Assembly: GCA_020184695.1 (NCBI GenBank)
Contig: JAANOX010000134.1
Coordinates: forward strand, 62,001 to 126,000
Source of the DNA: Histomonas meleagridis 2922-C6/04-290x
Taxonomy: Eukaryota; Protista; Parabasalia
Length of the DNA stretch: 64,000 nucleotides
Reading direction: 5' to 3'
Below the pieces are notes generated by a model. The model made no database searches, was not told the origin of the DNA, and saw only the letters and a program-made list of their open reading frames with translations. Both the position numbers and the translations under genes were made by a program. Position 1 is the stretch's first letter, and each line of letters begins with the position of its first letter. This document shows positions 56,747 to 64,000 of the stretch, piece by piece.

Positions 56747-57685
56747 ATGACAACAATTCTTTCAAAAATAATTGCTAGGCCACCTCGCCGTAATTATAAT
56801 GACAACGATCTTAAAGATGAGGTAACTTTATCAAATGGAAGATCAGTAACTCGTCATCCAGTTTCTTTTCCAAATAAAAAAGGACTAACAATTGTTGGCT
56901 CTTATTATCAGTCACCTTCCAGTGCGCCCGGTAATCCTTGCGTTATTTATCTTCATGGAAATGCAAGCTCACAAGAAGAAGGTTCATATCTTGTATACTA
57001 TCTTTGTCCAGAAGGTGTTAATTTGTTATGCATTGATACATCTGGATGTGGTAAATCCGGTGGTGATTATATTACTCTTGGTCTTTATGAACGAGAAGAT
57101 GTTTTTTCGTCAATGGAATACATTCGAAAAGAATTCGGAGTTGGTCCAATTATTCTTTGGGGACGCTCAATGGGTGCAGCCATTTCTGCATGGTGCGCAA
57201 GTGATGGTTATGATATTACTGGAATCATTGTTGATTCTGGATATTGTTCAATTAAATCCATAGCAGACGATCTATGTGGTAATAGCTGGATCCTATGGGG
57301 TCTTAAAACACTTCTTATGCCCGTTGTAAATTGGAGTGTTAAACGACATTACCACTTTTCTATTTATGATGTTGATATTTTAAGCAACGTCAAAAAGGCA
57401 AAATGCCCTGCTCTATTCGTACACTGTTTTCATGACACATTTATTAATGTCCGTGAAGCACGTGAATTATATCGATCATATGGTGGTAAGAAATATCTTC
57501 TTACAACCTCAGGGGATCACAACTCAACTCGACCTAAATCAGTTCGAATCACTGAATTGCAGTTTATTTTAAATTTGTTCGATATCGATAAGAATGATAA
57601 TTTCGACATCAGTGAAGAAAATGAATTAAATGACAATAGTAGTCGTCATTTCGAAAACGCCTTCGAAATGCTGAAAAATATTTGA
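56747..57685 (+). CDS. Alpha/beta hydrolase (serine aminopeptidase S33/YqkD-like)
   Basis: IYLHGN, DTSGCGKSGG, nucleophile GRSMG, HCFHD, GDHN. Confidence 0.88.
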   Translation: MTTILSKIIARPPRRNYNDNDLKDEVTLSNGRSVTRHPVSFPNKKGLTIVGSYYQSPSSAPGNPCVIYLHGNASSQEEGSYLVYYLCPEGVNLLCIDTSGCGKSGGDYITLGLYEREDVFSSMEYIRKEFGVGPIILWGRSMGAAISAWCASDGYDITGIIVDSGYCSIKSIADDLCGNSWILWGLKTLLMPVVNWSVKRHYHFSIYDVDILSNVKKAKCPALFVHCFHDTFINVREARELYRSYGGKKYLLTTSGDHNSTRPKSVRITELQFILNLFDIDKNDNFDISEENELNDNSSRHFENAFEMLKNI

Positions 57686-57696
57686 AATTTTGTGAT

Positions 57697-58341
57697 TTAT
57701 TTAACTAATAAAAGAATTGTCACCAATAATAATAATACTAAACAAAAAATGATTATAAGAGTCTTATGGTTCCTCCAAAACACTTTGATTCGCAGCGTTG
57801 TTAGTGATTCATCTGTTTGGAAATCATCTGGAATTTCGGGTGGAGAGTTTTCTTGTAGTGGAAATGGGTTACTATTTATAATGGGAACTTCATCAGGATC
57901 ATCATGTTCAACGGGTTTTGGTAAAGTTTCGATTGGTTGTACTGGAGTATTCTTTTTTTGTATCGATTTCTCATTAAAATGGGAGAGAAGTTCTTTGATA
58001 GGAACACCGAATTCATCATTCTTTTCGTTGGCTTGAATCGTAGATGAGGAAGCACCATAGGCTTGAATCCATTGACTTTTAAGATTATTTAAGAAAAGTC
58101 CAACATCTTTGGTTTCAACATTTTTGTCACAACAACATATAAAGGTAATGCCATCGCTTTCGGAGTATGCAGTAAAAATTAAATTATTTTGTTCCATTAC
58201 TGAATGTGGAGAAGAAGGATCTATCTTCGAGAGAAATTTCATTGCTTTGCTATGTATTTCTGGTTGGTCAAGGGGAAACTCGGCAAGAGGTATATTTCCG
58301 CGAGCAACCATTGCATATTTAAAAATTGTGGTCTCGCTCAT
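57697..58341 (-). CDS. Longin-domain tail-anchored protein lacking a SNARE motif (VAMP7-derived)
   Basis: Longin KYAMVARG...ITFICCCD..FLNNLKSQW, Pro-rich linker, KVFWRN + TM. Confidence 0.75.
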   Translation of the reverse strand: MSETTIFKYAMVARGNIPLAEFPLDQPEIHSKAMKFLSKIDPSSPHSVMEQNNLIFTAYSESDGITFICCCDKNVETKDVGLFLNNLKSQWIQAYGASSSTIQANEKNDEFGVPIKELLSHFNEKSIQKKNTPVQPIETLPKPVEHDDPDEVPIINSNPFPLQENSPPEIPDDFQTDESLTTLRIKVFWRNHKTLIIIFCLVLLLLVTILLLVK

Positions 58342-58861
58342 TTGACGAAGACACAAAAAAATATATTGAAAATTATTTGGCAATCGCAAAACAAGACAAT
58401 TTTTCTGAAATATTTCAATCGGAAAGATTTTCGATAGCTCTCAATTTTCGATTTGTTCATATCACATGTCCAGCAATGAAAACATTCACATTGTTTTCAC
58501 CATGACTTAATATACAGACTTAATAATGCTATCATTAGCACAGTATGAATTTTTTTACGTTTTGCAATAAGAAGGCTTGAAAAATATATTAATTTACAGT
58601 ATCTGATATCATTGAATATTTAATGCTTCCTTTGGGGAATTCTACAACCTTAAAAGGTTTTTAAACCGAAATAGTCGATCCGAATTATTATAAAAATATT
58701 GATCATTGCTTTGAGCACTCGAAAACGCGAATAAAAGTACTTTTGTATTATTTAATCGTTGTTTACAAACGCCGTTATTTGTAACGAAGCAATTCACTAA
58801 CTGTGCCTGAATATATAACGGTTATATATGTCACTTTTGCTTTAACCCCATTTTTGGTGAA

Positions 58862-59359
58862 ATGACAAGCTTCCTAAAAGTTCTTCATTATTCTGTTCCA
58901 TATGCACTAGCAGCAACTGGTGGTATTTTTATACTGTCAAAAATCAAAGAAATGAATGAAAAACAAGACAAAATATTAGAACAAATTAATCGAATTAATA
59001 TCGAAAATAATCGTGAGCAACCACAAACACCTATGGAGATATCAGGTGAAATACAAGTTGAAAAGGAAACAGTCCTCAATATTCTTAAAGATTTTAGAGA
59101 ATATCTATTCTCGCAAGCAAAGGAAATTGAAAAATCGGAAACACCTGAGATCACAGAAGTCCATGAAGAAACAAAAATTATAACTGAAGAAACAATTGAA
59201 GAAGTATCTGATGAAGAGTCTGAATCTGAAACAATTGAAGAAGAAGTCAGACCTAAAAAGAATAAAGACAAAAAAGACAAAAAGAAGGACAAAAAAGGAA
59301 AGAAAGATAAGAAAAAAGGAAAGAAAGATAAAAAGAAGAAAGACAAAAAAAAGAAATAA
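58862..59359 (+). CDS. Hypothetical protein with N-terminal hydrophobic anchor, acidic middle and KKDK-repeat tail
   Basis: 165-aa ORF. Confidence 0.65.
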   Translation: MTSFLKVLHYSVPYALAATGGIFILSKIKEMNEKQDKILEQINRINIENNREQPQTPMEISGEIQVEKETVLNILKDFREYLFSQAKEIEKSETPEITEVHEETKIITEETIEEVSDEESESETIEEEVRPKKNKDKKDKKKDKKGKKDKKKGKKDKKKKDKKKK

Positions 59360-59859
59360 AATCATTTGATTTTTTTTCATTATTCACTTAATATGAAATA
59401 ATTGGTATAACTTATTTTTGCTTATATTGTTTTTGCTTTAAATCTTTTTAATTATGAAATTAATGAACATTTGAATTTTTTACATTTGCCAATTGTTTTT
59501 GCAAAGGCATTGATAAACCATCTTTAGATGTAACAGCAACACGAGGTATGGAATAGATAAATTTGAAATCATCGAGATCTCGAAATCACATGAAATTTTG
59601 AGTAACAATCATAAAAATGAACCAACAAATGTGCATCTATCATATTTTGTAATACGATTGCGTTTTCATTTACTTTCTAATTTCAAATTAATGTTACAGT
59701 ACTGTAACATGTGTTGTAAACATTTTTTTACAAAAAATGAAATAAATAATTTATTTCCACAGAAAAAAAGATGACATCCAAAAGAAAAATTGAATGTTTA
59801 ATTACTTTTTAAAAAGACATCCCGATATAACCTCAGGCTGCCAAGTCCGAAAATACATT

Positions 59860-60576
59860 TTAGTTGCTCGAGTGTATTTCAAAATTCCGCGGTCGATTCA
59901 ATAAAGTATCGATTGAAAAAAACTCGCAAGGATCCATAGTTTGAGGTTTTGTTGTTTCGAGATCGAAGTATTCCTTCACCAATGAGATTTCCCCTGGTAT
60001 AACATAGCTCTTGTGGATAACTCCAATAGATTCAAGAATGTAAGCAATTTGATACAACTTGCAAACTGTCGTTTTGTATCTGCCATTGTTCCGTGAGAGA
60101 AAAGTACCCATTTTTTTAACATCTAAGGTGTCTGTTTTATTGGCATAAAACATCATAATAAAAGAAACGGTTAAAGATGATATAGAAATGCATTTGCTGT
60201 CAGGAAATAAGTTTACATTTTTCTCCGCTGCTTCCTTCAATTCAGTAAATGTTTTCTTAATATTTGATATTCCTACCCAATTTATGCAATCAACACTTGG
60301 CTTTTTACAGCACCCAACTGCTTCAAGTACATTAATTAAATCATAAAATCTTCTCCGTTGAAATTTAAATTTCTCACATATAGAGGAAATTGGATACATC
60401 TTAAATTGATGTGATTCTGCAAAGTTGATAAAGGCTTGAATATTCATTCGAAATGAATCTGCGTTTTTCATCTCTTCTTGTCTGTTTTGCATGGTTTCTC
60501 GTTTAACTTGCTTCGGTGGTTCTAAAGGAATGCTGATGGGGTTGGGTATATATGGAGTTATTACTGTGGTGATCAT
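59860..60576 (-). CDS. E2F-family winged-helix protein with tandem DNA-binding domains
   Basis: FKFQRRRFYDLINVLEAVG and a second KLYQIAYILESIGVI. Confidence 0.8.
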   Translation of the reverse strand: MITTVITPYIPNPISIPLEPPKQVKRETMQNRQEEMKNADSFRMNIQAFINFAESHQFKMYPISSICEKFKFQRRRFYDLINVLEAVGCCKKPSVDCINWVGISNIKKTFTELKEAAEKNVNLFPDSKCISISSLTVSFIMMFYANKTDTLDVKKMGTFLSRNNGRYKTTVCKLYQIAYILESIGVIHKSYVIPGEISLVKEYFDLETTKPQTMDPCEFFSIDTLLNRPRNFEIHSSN

Positions 60577-61436
60577 GGGTAGTGAAATATAGGCTTTGAA
60601 TTATACTCTGAAAAATTGCTATGAAAAAGCGATTTTTTTGGTCGAGGCTTTTTTTTGTAAGTGTCGCAAAACCGTAATTTTACTTCTTTTGAATCTACGG
60701 AATTGTTTAAGTTCATTTTACCCGATGAACATATCAAAATTCGAGACAACATTGAAATTTGTGTTCCGACAAATAGCGGCTTTTGTAAATCACAGAAAAT
60801 GGCATCGTTCTCAGGACATAAAACTGTTACAAAATTTATGCTTGAAATCTGAATAAAAACTATTATTATTAAGCTCAAAATCTTATTAAAATTATAAAAA
60901 ATGTGATATATTATAAAACAGAGAACAAATATCAATATTTGCTAAATCAATAATATATTTCAAATTTCATATAATATATCATGTATTCATTCATATTAAA
61001 ATGTTTTACATTGATGCTTTAGGTGATAGGTTAGAAATTCTAATCCTATTACTACTATTTTTACGATATAGAATATCAGAACTATATTATAGCTGAAATC
61101 GTTATACCATGATATATAATGTACTCAAATTCACTTTTTCCGCAATAGATACCATATTTTTTTATATGTTTTGACTCATAAATCCTAGGATTCTGGATTG
61201 TTCGAAGAAACAAGCAAAGTAAAACATTGAAATAAAATTTTTTAGAACGTTTGCACTTTTTAACATCACATTTTCCTCATAGATGTGACGGTTTATTATA
61301 ATGGTGATAAAGCATACATTTTAATAAAGACAACTTTTTGAAAACATTATATTTTATGACTCGGAAAAATTGATAATGACAAATTCGAATTGAGCCCGCA
61401 TTGGTTTGTTTTTGTGTGCATGTTTAGCGTTCTTTA

Positions 61437-62413
61437 TTGAAAAATTGGGGTGGTGCTAGTTTGACTAAAGGTCCCTTCATGGTGGGTGTTGAATATGTCA
61501 ATGAATCAAAAAATTTCATCGAATTAACAGATCAAATATGTTTAACTGGGGCTTCAGTATTGGATTGTGGTTATGATACTTTTTTGGTTTCACTCGTTAT
61601 TGCTCAAACAATTTCTTCTCTAATTTTATTATATTTTTTTGCTAGACTTGGACGCAATTTTTTTCTTAACCCAACGAAAGCCAATCAAAAAATGGTATCT
61701 ATGATTCTTCCAGGAATTTTCTATTCAATATTCAATCTTTATTTTTGTTTCTATCCATTTAATCATGATCTATTTCAAATACTTTATTTATTTAATTCAT
61801 CTTTCAAGTGTCTTACTTATATTGTTGCTGCAAATCAAGCTATATTTCTCATAAAACTTATATCTCCCAAAATTAGGATCATACTATTTTTTCTTTCTTT
61901 TTTAATTAAGATTTCCATCTATATTTTTTCTCTTTTAGTCTTTTTATGTTTTGTAGAAATATATCTTCTCCATGAATTTCTTAGTAACATCTCAATCGTC
62001 ATTGAAAATTTTTCAATTTTTTTATATACTTTTTCATGTATGTTGGCTACATCTACAGATTTAGAATGGAACTATCTCCCAGATATTGTAGAAATTTAAG
62101 AATTTTGCTATTTATTCATTCGGTATTATTTTTCCCTCATATTTTGTGTGTTATCTTTTTTCCTGTTGGAGAGATCGAAACTCCTCTTTTCGTTATGTTT
62201 TCGTTAAAATCTTATAGTGTTAAATTGAGAAGAAAAATAACATTTTCGTTGTTGTTCGTAAGAACTTTCTTTTTCGAAAATATTCCTGTTTTGCTTGTTG
62301 TGTTTGCAATGCTTTACATGAAACCAAATGATAATATAAAAAAGAATGAAAATGAAAACGAATTAAATACAGAAGATGATTCGAATGTGTTATATAATAA
62401 TCTGATAGAATAG
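61437..62413 (+). pseudogene. Multi-pass membrane protein split by one frameshift near 62020-62060 (or a sequence error)
   Basis: Overlapping hydrophobic ORFs 61437-62099 and 62036-62413. Confidence 0.5.
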
Positions 62414-62939
62414 TTGTGAACCAAAATTTTGCGAATAATAAATAAACATTTAGATGTTCTTGATTTATTTAAATATGGCATAAGGTTTTAGTGAGAAAAA
62501 TTTTAATGTGCAATTAATTGAATGCATTCCTTTTATATCAACATTGATAAATAACATTTGCATCATTAGAGATACTGATTACTCCTCAAAAGACAGGATA
62601 AACCATCAAACAAATTTGATAGTTGCTTTAATCCATTGTTTTCATGCCCTATAACGAAATAATATGAAATATCATAGAGATCTATATGATATACTTTATT
62701 CTTATTAAGTTTATATATTACTTTGTATGAGTAATAAATTTATAAAAACTCGCATACAAAGCAAATATTCATCACCACATTTAAACATTTATAATATTCA
62801 TTCTTATTGTAACATTTTCAATTCAGTGCAAATCCGTTTCCTTCGCATGTGTCAAGACAAATCACAAAAAGAATTCGAATTCTCAAGAAGCAAAAAAAAG
62901 TATTAATGCAATTAAATTTATATTATCGTTCATATTCGC

Positions 62940-64000
62940 TTATGTAGCAGCCAAGTTATGGCACCAGTTATTAAACTTAGTTCTTGTTGATGCCAATGAT
63001 TGCGCAATCTTTTTATGGAATTCCGCATCAGCTTCTTCGTCTGTCTTATCCAACATTAACATGTTCTTCATGTAGTCAATGTCGCTTGGCTTTTGTAGCT
63101 CTGGGATTCCCGTGCCTAACATTAACAAAAACAACGTTATAAACAAATTCGCATTTTTCCGAAGCACATTCAATGCACGATCACAATTCTCCTCAAAAAG
63201 TTGATAACCGTTCGGCTCCATGTTGATAACGTTCATCGATGCTGGCGTGAAATGGAAAGGCGCGTTCTCGCGTTGGTAGCCGAGTTTAGTCTTAAAGTTA
63301 CCTAAGAAGTGACCAAAGTCAATGTGGAAGAAGTGTCCATCTCTTTGTATCATAATATTTCCTGGATGTCGATCTCCAATTCCTAATACGCATGTAGCAA
63401 CAGCATAACCTGCTGAAGATAACCTAAAGTTTTCGATTGATATGGGCAATGATTTCTTTGAAGTATTTTCTTTGATATATTTGATGTAGATATCATCAGA
63501 AAATGTACCTTCTTGTTGTTGTAAGGCTGCTTCAGTAATAGAATTAGGAACTATTTGAACAAAGCCTTGGTTTAAGCCTGTTGGTAATATACCATAACAG
63601 TTCATATGAAGATCAATTCCATCTTGACGCCATAAATATTCCATAACAGACATAACTTGAAGGGTAAGTTGATCTTGTCTTAAATCATCACCACATTTAA
63701 ACATAGTTTGTACTGGTTCTAAAGCATATTGACTTGCATTTTCGAACGTTAACCATAACGGCTTCTTCTTTGAATTCATAACTTTACACTTCTCAATTAT
63801 GAATGACTTCACTATCAATCTTGGGTCCATCGGCAAGTGAAATTCCTCCGGGATTTCAACTGATTTAAGACGTTGTTTAAGATGTTCAGTAGCTTCTACA
63901 TGATCCATCTGTTGCATTTCGGAGTTAATTGATACCAATGTCCTAGTAAATTGATAACCTTTAAGTAATTCATCACGATATCGCCCAATTCCATGCATAA
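62940..64000 (-). CDS. Phosphatidylinositol 3-kinase catalytic domain, class I-like (5' part outside the window)
   Basis: MNSKKKPLWL, FKCGDDLRQDQLTLQ, LGIGDRHPGN, HIDFGHFLGN, RENAPF. Confidence 0.93.
   Translation of the reverse strand, partial: MHGIGRYRDELLKGYQFTRTLVSINSEMQQMDHVEATEHLKQRLKSVEIPEEFHLPMDPRLIVKSFIIEKCKVMNSKKKPLWLTFENASQYALEPVQTMFKCGDDLRQDQLTLQVMSVMEYLWRQDGIDLHMNCYGILPTGLNQGFVQIVPNSITEAALQQQEGTFSDDIYIKYIKENTSKKSLPISIENFRLSSAGYAVATCVLGIGDRHPGNIMIQRDGHFFHIDFGHFLGNFKTKLGYQRENAPFHFTPASMNVINMEPNGYQLFEENCDRALNVLRKNANLFITLFLLMLGTGIPELQKPSDIDYMKNMLMLDKTDEEADAEFHKKIAQSLASTRTKFNNWCHNLAAT

Noticed and set aside
58888-59380. Minus-strand Phe/Leu-rich ORFs
   Set aside because: Reverse complement of the Lys-rich tail of the plus-strand gene.
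62038-62058. Trichomonad-type intron GTATGT...CTACAG
   Set aside because: It is 21 nt (in frame), so it does not fix the frameshift, and there is no ACTAAC branch site.

Overview
AT-rich eukaryotic genomic DNA from a parabasalid (trichomonad-type) protist. Evidence: an [FeFe]-hydrogenase with a short hydrogenosomal-type leader, BspA-like LRR surface proteins, DUF3447-type ankyrin genes, an Inr-binding-domain protein, M3+M5 promoters on ribosomal protein genes, and almost intron-free genes. The window holds about 35 genes (RPT3, RPS13, RPS7, DDX27, NOT1, CLN3, a dynamin, alpha-tubulin, URM1, PI3K, tRNA-Leu and others) plus several pseudogenes. Main discovery: three apparently intact ankyrin-repeat genes (5821-8248 +, 12261-15287 +, 44600-45060 -) and one decayed copy (about 5400-5680 -) look like junk in the ORF track, but each ankyrin beta-hairpin loop is split by AT-rich 17-nt inserts placed between single codons (D|17|x|17|x|17|G|17|x-T, a 20-nt period). 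I parsed 73 inserts by hand: 70 of 17 nt and 3 of 18 nt, all at codon boundaries, with consensus RT(T)T...TT and no AG acceptor. Removing them restores continuous frames and consensus loops (KDKNGWTAL, KDKWGETVL, KNKDGWTAL). This suggests a non-canonical micro-intron or DNA-excision system with 3-nt micro-exons at the variable ligand-binding positions of ankyrin repeats. Whether excision really happens, and how, is inference and needs RNA data.
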